DNA of 64,000 nucleotides, taken from assembly GCA_963749445.1 (NCBI GenBank), contig CAVVMJ010000010.1, positions 181,738-245,737 of the forward strand. Direction: 5' to 3'. Positions 29,279-39,500 of this stretch are shown piece after piece. A program made the translations under genes and the position numbers. The notes beneath the pieces were generated by a model, which was not told the origin of the DNA, made no database searches, and saw nothing but the letters and a program-made list of their open reading frames with translations. How positions within the stretch are numbered: position 1 is the first letter of the stretch; the number at the start of each line of letters is the position of its first letter. The stretch is from an uncultured bacterium. GTDB lineage: Bacteria; Patescibacteriota; Doudnabacteria; UBA920.

Positions 29279-29635
29279 TTATTGCAAATGTTTCCCGATT
29301 TCAGCCAACACCCCTTCTAAATTTTTAATTACATCGCCGTTTTGAAAACGGATAACCTTTATGCCTTTGCTCTCCAAATATCTTGCGCGTTCCTGGTCTT
29401 TTGTGTAGCCCTGTTCCGTATCGTGAGGCGAACCATCAAGTTCTATGGCTAATTGCCTGCTTGGGCAATAAAAGTCCAGGATATAATAACCAATGCCGTG
29501 CTGCCGCCTGAATTTTACTCCCAATTGGTTATTCTTGAGATGCACCCAAAGTCTGGCTTCTGCCGGGGTTAAATGCTTGCGTAGTTCTTTCCGGTTATTT
29601 TTTGAGCCTATTAGATTATTCAACCTATCAGTCAT
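29279..29635 (-). CDS. DUF559 domain protein (Vsr-like endonuclease fold), second intact copy
   Basis: 118 aa; LTPAEARLWVHLKNNQLGVKFRRQHGIGYYILDFYC...ELDGSPHD; framed exactly by R1 inverted repeats as at 12375..12725. Confidence 0.7.
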   Translation of the reverse strand: MTDRLNNLIGSKNNRKELRKHLTPAEARLWVHLKNNQLGVKFRRQHGIGYYILDFYCPSRQLAIELDGSPHDTEQGYTKDQERARYLESKGIKVIRFQNGDVIKNLEGVLAEIGKHLQ

Positions 29636-29698
29636 GCTCCAACCCCCTCCCCCGCCTTCGGCGGGTACTCCCCCTTGACAGGGGGAGAGGCTCCGCGG
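29636..29698. repeat. R1 terminal inverted repeat (A) abutting start of DUF559 gene
   Basis: GCTCCAACCCCCTCCCCCGCCTTCGGCGGGTACTCCCCCTTGACAGGGGGAGAGGCTCCGCGG. Confidence 0.85.
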
Positions 29699-30655
29699 TT
29701 AGACCGTCAAGTACCCCCCGCCCTCGGCTGAACGCTGTTCAGCCATTCGCTTAATAATGTCCTCCAGCTCCTCGTCGCTGAAAAAATCTATGGTGATTCT
29801 GCCGCCCTTGCCCTGGCGCTGGATTTTGACCTGCGTGCCGAGCTTGCCGCGCAGCTCGGTTTCAAAAGCCATCAGCTTTGGGTCAGGCGCCACGCCGTCC
29901 ATTTGCCTTTTTTGGGTGAGCTCGCGCACCTTTTGTTCCACCTGCCGCACGTTTAAATTCTGCTCCAGCACCAGTTTATACATCAACAATATTTTTTCCG
30001 GATCGTTCAGCCCGAGTAACGCACGCGCGTGGCCTTCCATAATTTTCCCTTCTATCACGCCGCGCTGGATTTCCGCCGGAAGATTTAAAAGCCGCACGGT
30101 GTTGGCCACGGCCGGCCGGCTCTTACCCACTTTTTTGGCCACCTGGTCCTGCGTCAAATTAAACGTCTTCATCAGCCGCTCAAACGCCTGCGCTTCTTCT
30201 ATGGGATTTAATTCCTTGCGTTGGATGTTCTCGATTAAAGCCACCTCCAGCTTGGTCTGGTCCACCATATCTTTTTTAATGATGGCCGGCGCGAATTTTA
30301 GCCCCGCCAACTGGCAGGCGCGGAAACGCCGCTCCCCCACCACCAACTCGTAACCGACCGGGGTTTTGGTCACCACCAAAGGCTGGATGACGCCGTGCTC
30401 CACAATGGAGTCGGCAAGTTCCTGCAAAGCTTTTGGCTCAAAACTTTTGCGCGGTTGGAACGGGTTGGGGGAAATCAGAGCCACCTCAATTTCCTCAATC
30501 TTGGCATCTTTGTAAGACAACGGCTCGGAAACCGGTGGAACAATCGGCGGCGCTTCATTTACAACGTTCGGCGCGCCTATTAAATGCGGCTCTGCCGCCG
30601 GCCCGATTTGCGGCTCGGTCGTAATGTTTAGTTGTGGGTTTAAATTATCTTCCAT
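29699..30655 (-). CDS. parB: ParB/Spo0J family partition protein with Pro-rich N-terminal extension
   Basis: LISPNPFQPRKSFEPKALQELADSIVEHGVIQPLVV (ParB box), HTH region, C-terminal dimerisation region. Confidence 0.8.
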   Translation of the reverse strand: MEDNLNPQLNITTEPQIGPAAEPHLIGAPNVVNEAPPIVPPVSEPLSYKDAKIEEIEVALISPNPFQPRKSFEPKALQELADSIVEHGVIQPLVVTKTPVGYELVVGERRFRACQLAGLKFAPAIIKKDMVDQTKLEVALIENIQRKELNPIEEAQAFERLMKTFNLTQDQVAKKVGKSRPAVANTVRLLNLPAEIQRGVIEGKIMEGHARALLGLNDPEKILLMYKLVLEQNLNVRQVEQKVRELTQKRQMDGVAPDPKLMAFETELRGKLGTQVKIQRQGKGGRITIDFFSDEELEDIIKRMAEQRSAEGGGYLTV

Positions 30656-30711
30656 GGATTATTTTTTAAGATTTACTATAGTGAATCTGCTTTTCAGATG
30701 CACGGATATCC

Positions 30712-30840
30712 GCGGAGCTCCCCTCCTAATATAGGAGGGGTGTCCTGCGAAGCGGGACGGGGTGGTATTATCTGTGCCGGTATTTTACCACCTCCCCGCC
30801 CTGCGGGCGGTACTCCTCCTTTTCAGGAGGAGAGTACTGC
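30712..30840. repeat. R1 repeat B-spacer-A pair (gene-less)
   Basis: GCGGAGCTCCCCTCCTAATATAGGAGGGGTGTCCTGCGAAGCGGGACGGGGTGGTATTATCTGTGCCGGTATTTTACCACCTCCCCGCCCTGCGGGCGGTACTCCTCCTTTTCAGGAGGAGAGTACTGCAG. Confidence 0.85.
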
Positions 30841-30886
30841 AGCCGATAAATCGGCACGCTACACTAAAGCGTATGCCCCGCACAAG

Positions 30887-30970
30887 TGGTGGCCGAGGAG
30901 GGAGTCGAACCCTCATGCCGTTAAGCGCGCGCTCTTGAGGCGCGTGTGTCTGCCATTTCACCACTCGGCC
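30887..30970 (-). tRNA. tRNA-Leu (anticodon CAA), class II with long variable arm
   Basis: Hand-folded: GGCCGAG acceptor, D-arm GTG-AAATGGCAGA-CAC, anticodon arm CGCGC-CTCAAGA-GCGCG, 11-nt variable arm, T-arm GAGGG-TTCGACT-CCCTC, CCA encoded. Confidence 0.85.
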
Positions 30971-31120
30971 CCCATTTGTGCGGGGTAAATCTGCCAACTT
31001 GCCCCGACCTTGCGTCGGGGTTTCATCACTCCGGCGTAAAACAAATGTATTTTGGCTTATTTGATTATAGCAAACAATAAAAAAGGCGTAAAGTTTCACG
31101 CCTTTATCCATCAAATCAAA

Positions 31121-31642
31121 TTATCTGATGATTATCGGTGCCAGCCATAAAATTATCGCCAAAGCTGAAGCCAACCCAACCAGCCATCCGGCCAAGACAT
31201 GGAGCACATAATGATAACCCAAAACTACCCTGGCCCAGCCGTTAATTAAAGTCATGGCCAATAAAATCAAACCCAAAACCGGAAAAAACCAATACACCAC
31301 CACGGCCACGGCCGCAAAACTGGCGGCATGGTCGGACGGGAAAGAATTGGCTTTGGTCGTGGGCTCGGAAAATAAAACCGAACGCTGCGGGACGAAATGT
31401 AGCCGCTGGTATGGCCGCGGTTTTCTATATGCTAGATAAACCAGCGGCGAAATAATCAGCCGCGCCAAAACAAAAGCGGCTAGGGCTAAAATCACCTGCC
31501 GCCATTGTCCGATAATTAACAAATAGAAACCGGCAGCAAATACCGCCAGCACGGAATAAATTCCCCAAAATCTCCAAAAATTCCTGTAAGCCTTGCTTGC
31601 GTTGAGGAGTTTTTGCTGGTTAAGATAAAATTGGTCGTCCAT
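31121..31642 (-). CDS. PAP2 superfamily phosphatase
   Basis: KANSFPSDHAA and GYHYVLHVLAG match PAP2 motifs 2 and 3; 4-5 TM helices. Confidence 0.75.
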   Translation of the reverse strand: MDDQFYLNQQKLLNASKAYRNFWRFWGIYSVLAVFAAGFYLLIIGQWRQVILALAAFVLARLIISPLVYLAYRKPRPYQRLHFVPQRSVLFSEPTTKANSFPSDHAASFAAVAVVVYWFFPVLGLILLAMTLINGWARVVLGYHYVLHVLAGWLVGLASALAIILWLAPIIIR

Positions 31643-32448
31643 TATTTACGGAATAAGAATACGGCAATCACTAAGGCCGCGGCCAGGATCCGGTACCAAA
31701 CAAAAATTTTATAATCGTGGCTTCCCAAATACTGCAGCATATATTTGATGGATAAAAACCCGAACAGCGCGGCCGTAATGAAACCGACGATGAGTTCTTG
31801 GCCGGTAACGCCGTCGTGAAAATGTTTTAAGCTCACCAGACCGGCGCCGAAAATTATCGGAATGGACATTAAAAAGCTAAAGCGCGCCGCGTCCTCGCGT
31901 TTAAAACCCAAACCTAAACCCGTGGCAATCGTGGAGCCTGAGCGCGACACGCCGGGAAAAATCGCCAAGGCCTGGCTGCAGCCGATAAGTAACGCGTCCA
32001 AACCGGTTATACGGTCCAAATTTTTCTTTTTTTTGCCCCACATATCCGCCACAAACAAAATTGCCGCAAAAGCGCTTAAGGTTGCAGCTATCAGCAAAGG
32101 GTCCCGAAAAGCGGCTTCTGCCTTGCTTTCCAGCAAGTAACCGATAATCGCGCCGGGAATGCTGGCAACGATAATCAGCCACGATAATTTCTGATAAATA
32201 TTCGCCGCGTCGCGCGTGCTGGATTTTAAGGAGTGGAAAAATCCGCGGATCAACAGCCAAACATCGTTTCTGAAATACGCGAGTACGGCCAACAGCGTGC
32301 CCCAATGCAGCGCCACATCAAAACCCAATCCCGGATCCGGCCATTTAAACAGCCACGGCACCAAAATTAAATGGGCCGATGAGGAAATCGGCAAAAACTC
32401 CCCGAGCCCCTGCACCAAACCCAACACAAAAGCGTGCAAAATATTCAT
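31642..32448 (-). CDS. uppP: undecaprenyl-diphosphate phosphatase
   Basis: 268 aa; GLGEFLPISSSAHL and PGVSRSGSTI motifs of BacA/UppP. Confidence 0.85.
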   Translation of the reverse strand: MNILHAFVLGLVQGLGEFLPISSSAHLILVPWLFKWPDPGLGFDVALHWGTLLAVLAYFRNDVWLLIRGFFHSLKSSTRDAANIYQKLSWLIIVASIPGAIIGYLLESKAEAAFRDPLLIAATLSAFAAILFVADMWGKKKKNLDRITGLDALLIGCSQALAIFPGVSRSGSTIATGLGLGFKREDAARFSFLMSIPIIFGAGLVSLKHFHDGVTGQELIVGFITAALFGFLSIKYMLQYLGSHDYKIFVWYRILAAALVIAVFLFRK

Positions 32449-32461
32449 AATGATAATTTAA

Positions 32462-33826
32462 TTACTCAATCCCGGGCACCGGGAAATCCTTGCATAATTC
32501 TTTAATTTCCCCGCAGATTTTTTTGAGGGTGGAATTTTTCCTTATCTCTTCTTTGAATTTCGCGATATATACGGCGCGGTCGGCTTTATTCTCCGGCAAC
32601 TTGTAGCTTTTGGCTTCCATTATCGCTTTGGCCACCCACTCCCCCACTTGTTCCATTTCTTTTTCCTTCATGCCGCGCGTGGTCAGGGCCGGCGTGCCCA
32701 TGCGGACGCCGCTTGGATAAAACGGGCTGCCCGGCTCGCCGGGAATAGTGTTTTTATTGGCGGTCATGCCCGCGGCTTCCAAAACCTCACTGCCGAAAAT
32801 CCCGCCGCCCGGGCCGAACACCGGCACCAAATCCAAAAGCAGCAAATGATTTTCCGTGCCGTTGCCTATTAGCTTAATCTCGTTGTGCATCAGACTCTTG
32901 GCCAAAGCTTTAGCGTTTTTGACAATCTGTTTGCCGTAAACTTTAAACTCGTCCGTAGCCGCTTCTTTTAAGGCAATGGCAATGGCGCCGGTTTGGTGGT
33001 CGTGCGGTCCACCCTGCAGGCCCGGGAAAACCGCTTTGTCCATCCGCTCGCCCAGCTCCGGATCTTTTTCCAAACCCTTTTTTGTCGCCATAATCATGCC
33101 GCCGCGCGGGCCGCGCAAAGTTTTGTGCGTGGTCGTGGTGATGATATGAGCAAAATTTGCCGGGCTTTTATGCGCGCCCGCGACAATTAATCCCGCCACG
33201 TGCGCGATGTCAGCCGCCAAAAAAGCGCCAACGCTGTCGGCAATTTCCGCAAACTGTTCGTATTCTATTTCATACATGTATGCCGTGGCACCACACCAAA
33301 TTAATTTCGGTTTGTGTTCTTCGGCCAATTTGCGGACTTCGTCAAAATCCACCCGGCCGTCAGGCTTGGTGTGGTAGCCGAAAGTTTTGTAAAAAATTCC
33401 CGTCGCGGAAACTTTCCAGCCGTGCGTCAAATGCCCGCCGTCGGTCAAATTTAATCCCAATACGACATCGCCGGGCTGGCAGGTCGCCATATAAACCGCC
33501 AAGTTGGCAGGGCTGCCCGAATACGGCTGGACATTGGCGTGCGGCACGCCAAAAAGCTTTTTAGCCCGCTCAATAGCCAGCTGTTCTATCTGGTCAATAA
33601 ATTCCTGCCCTCCATAATAGCGTTTTCTCGGGTAACCCTCGGAGTATTTGTTAGTCAGGATGGAACCCATACTTTCCATCACCGCGGGCGAAGTGTAATT
33701 TTCCGAAGGGATAAGCTCCAGCCCGTCTTTTTGACGCGATGATTCTTGCCCGATTAGCTTGTAAATTTCCAAGTCCTGGTTTTTGATGTGTTGATACTTC
33801 ATTGTAAAATAATTAATAGTTGGCAA
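32462..33826 (-). CDS. glyA: serine hydroxymethyltransferase
   Basis: 454 aa; LIPSENYTSPAVMESMGS, THKTLRGPRGG (PLP lysine) motifs; about 35 aa C-terminal extension. Confidence 0.9.
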   Translation of the reverse strand: MPTINYFTMKYQHIKNQDLEIYKLIGQESSRQKDGLELIPSENYTSPAVMESMGSILTNKYSEGYPRKRYYGGQEFIDQIEQLAIERAKKLFGVPHANVQPYSGSPANLAVYMATCQPGDVVLGLNLTDGGHLTHGWKVSATGIFYKTFGYHTKPDGRVDFDEVRKLAEEHKPKLIWCGATAYMYEIEYEQFAEIADSVGAFLAADIAHVAGLIVAGAHKSPANFAHIITTTTHKTLRGPRGGMIMATKKGLEKDPELGERMDKAVFPGLQGGPHDHQTGAIAIALKEAATDEFKVYGKQIVKNAKALAKSLMHNEIKLIGNGTENHLLLLDLVPVFGPGGGIFGSEVLEAAGMTANKNTIPGEPGSPFYPSGVRMGTPALTTRGMKEKEMEQVGEWVAKAIMEAKSYKLPENKADRAVYIAKFKEEIRKNSTLKKICGEIKELCKDFPVPGIE

Positions 33827-33933
33827 AAATTATCGAATTCATTTGTACTAGCGTACTAGTACGCTAGTACATTGATACCTACCAATTTATGATTTGATAT
33901 TTAATTTGTAGTTTGGATTTTTGCATAACAGTA

Positions 33934-34329
33934 TTACGATGTCCACATATAACATTTTTGCATTTCTCTAAACTTTGCTAAAAGAAGCTTGTATAATGAC
34001 TGATTTGAAAAATCCGGAACAGCTTCCTCATGGTCTACTCTCATCTCAATCACCGTAGCTATCGGACTTTCTCCTACCTCTTGTTCTAATAAATCGATCA
34101 TGGCCTCAACCACTTGTGAATGATTTGCCCGGGATAAAAATTCCCTAGCTTTATCTTGCAAGTGTCCAGGTAAAAACCTAGCGAGGAAATTAAAATCTTT
34201 AACCACTTTTTCATCAAACACTCCCTCTGTTTTTCCAAATTGATAATCCCTAAGTTCCTGTAATCTCTCTCTCTGAATTCCTGAGTCTGGATTGAATCTT
34301 TGCAAACTTCTGCGGTCTGGATCTGGCAT
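33934..34329 (-). CDS. hypothetical protein
   Basis: 131 aa acidic ORF, no recognised motifs. Confidence 0.4.
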   Translation of the reverse strand: MPDPDRRSLQRFNPDSGIQRERLQELRDYQFGKTEGVFDEKVVKDFNFLARFLPGHLQDKAREFLSRANHSQVVEAMIDLLEQEVGESPIATVIEMRVDHEEAVPDFSNQSLYKLLLAKFREMQKCYMWTS

Positions 34330-34341
34330 AAATCTTAAATC

Positions 34342-34899
34342 TTAATTTTTTGCATAAACGAATAATTTTCCCAACTGGGGACGGTCTTTATCGATAATTT
34401 GGACAGAAGACGGCGGCCAACTTGCGAAATGCGAGACGCCGGTGGTGGTGTTGGTAATTGCCAGGCTGCCGGGTTTTAGCTCCGAAAATAGCTTTTTCTC
34501 CAAGCGGGGCATCAGGGCTTTATCCAAAAACATAAACACCACGTCCGCTTTTGATATGTCAACGGCAAAAATGTCCTGCTTGATAAATATCGGATGGCCG
34601 GAATGAAACCGTGAGCGGATTCTTGCAAAATTCGTCCTAAACCAACTATCATCTATTCCGTAAACTTTTAAGCCGGGGCATTCCCGCGATATTGTAAAAA
34701 CAAAATTTCCCCTGGCACTGCCTAAATCATACAACACGCCATGCTCCAGATGATTTTGACGGATAATCGCGGCCACAACTTTAATGGCGGCATCGCTGGT
34801 AGTAAAATCCTCGCCTCCAAATATAGAGTCAATTACATAAAAAAACAAAACGCAGAGAATAACAGCTAAAAATCCCAAAATTACGGCAATAATCAACAT
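34342..34899 (-). CDS. membrane-anchored class I SAM-dependent methyltransferase-like protein
   Basis: VLYDLGSARGNF (motif I-like) and VYGIDDS; N-terminal TM helix. Confidence 0.5.
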   Translation of the reverse strand: MLIIAVILGFLAVILCVLFFYVIDSIFGGEDFTTSDAAIKVVAAIIRQNHLEHGVLYDLGSARGNFVFTISRECPGLKVYGIDDSWFRTNFARIRSRFHSGHPIFIKQDIFAVDISKADVVFMFLDKALMPRLEKKLFSELKPGSLAITNTTTGVSHFASWPPSSVQIIDKDRPQLGKLFVYAKN

Positions 34900-34904
34900 C
34901 TTTT

Positions 34905-34952
34905 AGTCCGCGTGAGATCCGCGTCGCAATCCGCGTGTATATCCGCGGCTTA
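34905..34952. repeat. 4 x 12-bp tandem array (A/G)TCCGCG(T)NNNN
   Basis: AGTCCGCGTGAG ATCCGCGTCGCA ATCCGCGTGTAT ATCCGCGGCTTA between methyltransferase and MFS genes. Confidence 0.6.
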
Positions 34953-36119
34953 TATATACATATACAGCAAACTATACACCCCTCCCAATATGAATAATAC
35001 CACAAAACTCCCCGTGAGGCTAAACAGCAGCGCGCCGAGCAGGCAGGCCATAAGTTTGCCGATTGACAATGACTGCTCAAAAAACACGGCGTAAGGCATC
35101 ACGTGGGTGGATTCCGCGCGCAAATAAGTCACGGTGGAAATGGGGATAAAATCCATTTCCTTGCTGGCGCGCGACAGCGTGTCCAAAGCGAACACGTTCC
35201 AAACGTTGGTGGCCATAAAGCGCGCAAACCACACCAGAGCGCTAAAAAACGCGCCGAGCTTAATTAAAATCCGTTTGGTGTACTGATCGGTAATTTTGCC
35301 TATAACCACGGCCAACGCGGCGGCAATCAGGCTGGCCACCGTGGCCAAAAGCCCCGTGGTCTGGTAATTTTTGACGATGATGTAAATAAAAATCGGCCAA
35401 ATGGTCAAAACCAAAAGCTCTTCGCCGAAACCCACGTAACCCAAAAACTTTTTGGGAAAAGTTTTATACAGCTGCCAGGTATCGCGGTAATGATAGGCTT
35501 TGGGCACGAACACCTCCATTTTGGTAAACAGCGGCATTACGGAAAAACAGTAAATCAGCGACGCCATCACAAAGGTCGCGACCATGCCAAAATGTTCGGC
35601 CAAAAATCCGCCCAAAAACGGACCCAAAACCTGGGTTACGCCGATTATGGCGTAGATGGCGCTAAACTCCCGCCCCACCTGACCCTGGTCGGCGTAGCGC
35701 GCCATAAGAGCGTGGAAGCCCGGCCAGTACAAAGCCTTTTGCAGGCCCAAAGCGATAGCCGCGAGAATAACCAATCCCGGGTTGTCGCGCGCGAGCAGCA
35801 ACAGCACCCAGTAAAAAACCTGAAACGGCACACTCATGGCAATGGCGTGCTTATAGCCGTAAACGCTGGCAAACCATCCGCCTAAAATTATGGTCGGGAT
35901 GTAGACCGCGTAAACTACCGCAAAAAACAGCAGGACCTGGGGCACGGTAAAACCCAGCACGCTGTACAAAAAAATCGGCTCAAACACCAGAGCGATTGAC
36001 AAAGCCAAATTGGCAATGGCCGAAGCCGCGAACAGTTCGCCGATTTCCTCGCGGACTTTTTTGGTGAAATACGATGGCAGATGATAGTTCAAAAGCATGT
36101 TTATTTTGATATTTGACAA
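34950..36119 (-). CDS. MFS transporter
   Basis: 389 aa, 12 predicted TM helices, G..LAEHFGM-type MFS loop motif. Confidence 0.7.
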   Translation of the reverse strand: MSNIKINMLLNYHLPSYFTKKVREEIGELFAASAIANLALSIALVFEPIFLYSVLGFTVPQVLLFFAVVYAVYIPTIILGGWFASVYGYKHAIAMSVPFQVFYWVLLLLARDNPGLVILAAIALGLQKALYWPGFHALMARYADQGQVGREFSAIYAIIGVTQVLGPFLGGFLAEHFGMVATFVMASLIYCFSVMPLFTKMEVFVPKAYHYRDTWQLYKTFPKKFLGYVGFGEELLVLTIWPIFIYIIVKNYQTTGLLATVASLIAAALAVVIGKITDQYTKRILIKLGAFFSALVWFARFMATNVWNVFALDTLSRASKEMDFIPISTVTYLRAESTHVMPYAVFFEQSLSIGKLMACLLGALLFSLTGSFVVLFILGGVYSLLYMYI

Positions 36120-36140
36120 AAAGCTAAAATAAGCGCAAGT

Positions 36141-36503
36141 TTGAGGTGGAAGGAGGGTCTTATGGCAGACTTGCCCGAAGATCCAGTTAGGGAATGCTAC
36201 CGCAGGTATAAAAACTTGCGGGATTCGCTCGACGCTAACGGTGGCGCAATTAGTGCTCTGGCCCTAGTGGGGATATCCGATTACAAAAAATTGATCGGCT
36301 TCCTTGCGGCTCCCGAAACTATCGTTCCGGCTTTAGAAAAAATCAAAGACCAGCTGCTTAATGCGAGAATCCGTTTTGACCCGAGAGTCCATCCCGTAAT
36401 CCAGATCCAGCGAGCAATCCTTTACCAGCTGGCAAAAGAAAACCGGAATCTCTTTAGGGTCGCCGAGGATATTGTCAGCTGGCGGGAAGAACGCCGGAAA
36501 TAG
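36141..36503 (+). CDS. hypothetical protein
   Basis: 120 aa ORF, only plus-strand gene in the region; no motifs. Confidence 0.4.
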   Translation: MRWKEGLMADLPEDPVRECYRRYKNLRDSLDANGGAISALALVGISDYKKLIGFLAAPETIVPALEKIKDQLLNARIRFDPRVHPVIQIQRAILYQLAKENRNLFRVAEDIVSWREERRK

Positions 36504-36532
36504 GTACGGGAAAACATCCCTGTACCTTTCTT

Positions 36533-39500
36533 TTAAACCACAAAATTTATTAAGCGGTCAGGCACAAAAATCACCCGCCTGATATTTTGGGTTCCGACGA
36601 TTGCCACAGCCTGCTGTTTAACTTGATTCTCATCGCTTCCCGGCGACACCGTAATGCGGCCTTTGACTTTGCCGTTGACCTGCACCACGATTTCAATTGT
36701 GGCGTCAACGATTTTTGCCGGGTCAAACGCCGGCCAGCTTTCCAGCTGGAGCGATTTTTTGCCTCCGATGATTGAATTTAGTTCTTCTGCCAGATGCGGC
36801 GCGAACGGATGTAACAATTTTAGAAAAATTTTAAAATCTTCCTTCGAAATATTTTGGCCAAAAGCTTGAATATTTTTTAAATTTAAATATTTTTCAAACT
36901 TTGGATCTTTTGATTTAATCATTTCTTCTCGGGTAATATAAATTTCGTTCATAAACACCATAAGACCGGATACGCAGGTGTTAAATCGAAAATTTTCTAT
37001 ATCCTCTTCGACTTTTTTTATAGTTTTATTCAAAGCTTTCTCAACTTGTCCGTCAGTAAAATTCATTACATCGTTATCTTCCATCGCCTTTAGACTTAAA
37101 CCGACCTGATATACCTTATCCAAAAATCTTTTGACCCCGACTACGCTTTTGTCGTTCCAGGCGATGGTGTCCTCGTGCGGACCCAAAAACAACTCAAACA
37201 TGCGCAACGTGTCCGCGCCGTGCGAGGCTACAATATCCTGCGGATTGACCACGTTGCCGCGGCTTTTGGACATTTTTTCGCCGTCCGCAGCCAAAATTAT
37301 GCCGTGAGGCACGCGTTTAACATACGGCTCCCTTGATGTAACCAATCCTTGATCAAACAAAAATAAATTCCAAAACCGGCTGTAAAGCAAATGCAAAGTC
37401 GTGTGCTCCATGCCGCCAAAATAAACGTCCACCGGCGTCCAGTATTTTTGTTTGCTGATGGACGCGAATTCTTTTTTGTCTTTTGGATCGATATACCTTA
37501 ACCAATACCAACTGCTACCTGCCCATTGCGGCATAGTGTTGGTTTCTCTTTTTGCCGGCGATTTGCAATTCGGACATTTTACATTAACCCAGTTTGATAT
37601 TGCGGCCAATGGCGATTCTCCTGTTCCTGTCGGCTGGTAATTTTTGACCGGCGGGAGTTTTACCGGCAAATCCTTTTCGGCTACCTCCACAATACCGCAT
37701 TTTGGGCAATGAATAATCGGAATCGGCTCGCCCCAGTAGCGCTGGCGGGAAAATACCCAATCACGGAGTTTATACTGGACAGTCGCTCTGCCGAATTTTG
37801 CTGCCATTTTGGGAATTGCATCTTCTGACTTCATTCCGGTAAATTCACCGGAATTAATCAAAGCACCATAATCCGCAACGGCTCCGACCACCTCCCCGCC
37901 TGACGGCGGTACTCCCCCTTGAAAAGGAGGAGAGCTCCGCGTGACATCCGAGAATAACTGCAGAGCTTCCCCTCGCTTCTTTAAGGAGGGGTGGACGCGA
38001 AGCGAACGGGGTGGTTGGAGACACAACTTGCTTAATTGGTAAACCGTATTTCTTCGCAAACTCAAAATCCCGCTCATCATGCGCCGGCACGGCCATAATC
38101 GCGCCGGTGCCATAACCCCAAAGCACGTAATCCGCCGCCCAAATCGGGATTTCTTCTTTTGTTGCAGGATTAATCGCCTTAATACCTTTTAACTCCACTC
38201 CGGTTTTTTCCTTACCTTCTGATGAACGATCCATTTCCGATTTTTTCTTTGCCTTTTCTACATATTCCTCAACTTCTTTGTAATTTGATCCGCCTTGGCG
38301 GATGAAATTTTCTGTCAACGGATGTTCCGGTGCCACCACCATATATGTCGCGCCGAAGATAGTGTCCGGCCGCGTGGTAAAAACTTTGATTAACGGCAAG
38401 ACGGCGGCCAAAACTTCCGGTTCTTGCTCGGCGCGAAAATGAACCAGTTGCCCTGCTTTTCTAGTGATAGGCGCGTTCAAAACTTCCGACAGTTGGGCAG
38501 CTTGATCGTCGGAAATTGCATCGTCGTTGGGATCATGTAAAATTGTAATTGAACCGGCTTTATTTTTAATCGCCGAAAAATCAAAACTCCATTTAAAATT
38601 TTTTTGAAAAGGCCTGGGTGGTCTTTAAAATTTGGGCTGACAAAACCGCCGACCAATACCAGTCCAGCGATTTTTGCCTGTAATTTTTCCAGAACTTTCA
38701 TCGCCACCACCGTTCCCAAACTATGGCCGACTAAAATTGTATTTTCGCCAAAACGGCAATTTTTCAAAACAAAATTAACCTGCGCTTCTTCACTGGGATT
38801 AGTCGGATTCGGCAAGGCCGGTATATCCACTTTCATACCTTTAAATTCCAATTGGCTTTTTAGCCAAGGATAGAATCTGGTTTCCGGCGTTTCATTCCAA
38901 CCGTGCAAAATTACGTAATTATGTTTTGCGTTTAGGGTAAAATTAATTTCCGCGCCCACAGACTTGCCAATCCAGTTTTCCTGTTGGAGCTTAACCGCTT
39001 CCGGCCACTCGGGCAGATGTTTTAATCCTTCCAAAAGTTTTTCCGCATACGCAGTAATTCTTAAATACCACTGGCGCAATTCTTTTTTTTCAACGACTGT
39101 GCCGCAGCGCTCGCATTTGCCGTCTATGACTTCTTCGTTAGCCAAACCGGTTTTGTCTTTCGGACACCAATTAATCAAACCTGTTGCCTCGTAGGCCAAT
39201 CCTTTTTTAAAGAATTGCAAAAACAGCCATTGTGTCCATTTATAATAATTCGGGTCTGTGGTATTTATTTCCCGCGACCAATCAAAACTTAAACCCCACG
39301 ACTGCATTTGTTTTTTGGCATTTTTGATATTTTTCGCCGTGGTTACCGCGGGCTGGACGCCTTTTTTATGGCATAATTTTCCGCCGGCAAACCAAACGCG
39401 TCCCAGCCGATGGGAAACATAACCTCATAGCCCCGCATACGATGATAACGAGCATAAACATCCGCGGCCACGTACGGCCGCAAATGCCCCATATGCAAAC

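Noticed and set aside
30698-30988. ORF 30698..30988 (+) and neighbouring short ORFs over the parB-tRNA-Leu spacer
   Set aside because: They are translations of the R1 repeat and of the antisense strand of tRNA-Leu.
38477-38480. ATGA stop/start overlap at 38477-38480 suggesting LeuS is genuinely split into separately translated subunits
   Set aside because: Shifting frame at the T7 run near 38605 gives a continuous, YdeN-homologous reading frame running straight into the LeuS TTRPDT block, so an indel is more parsimonious than a split gene.
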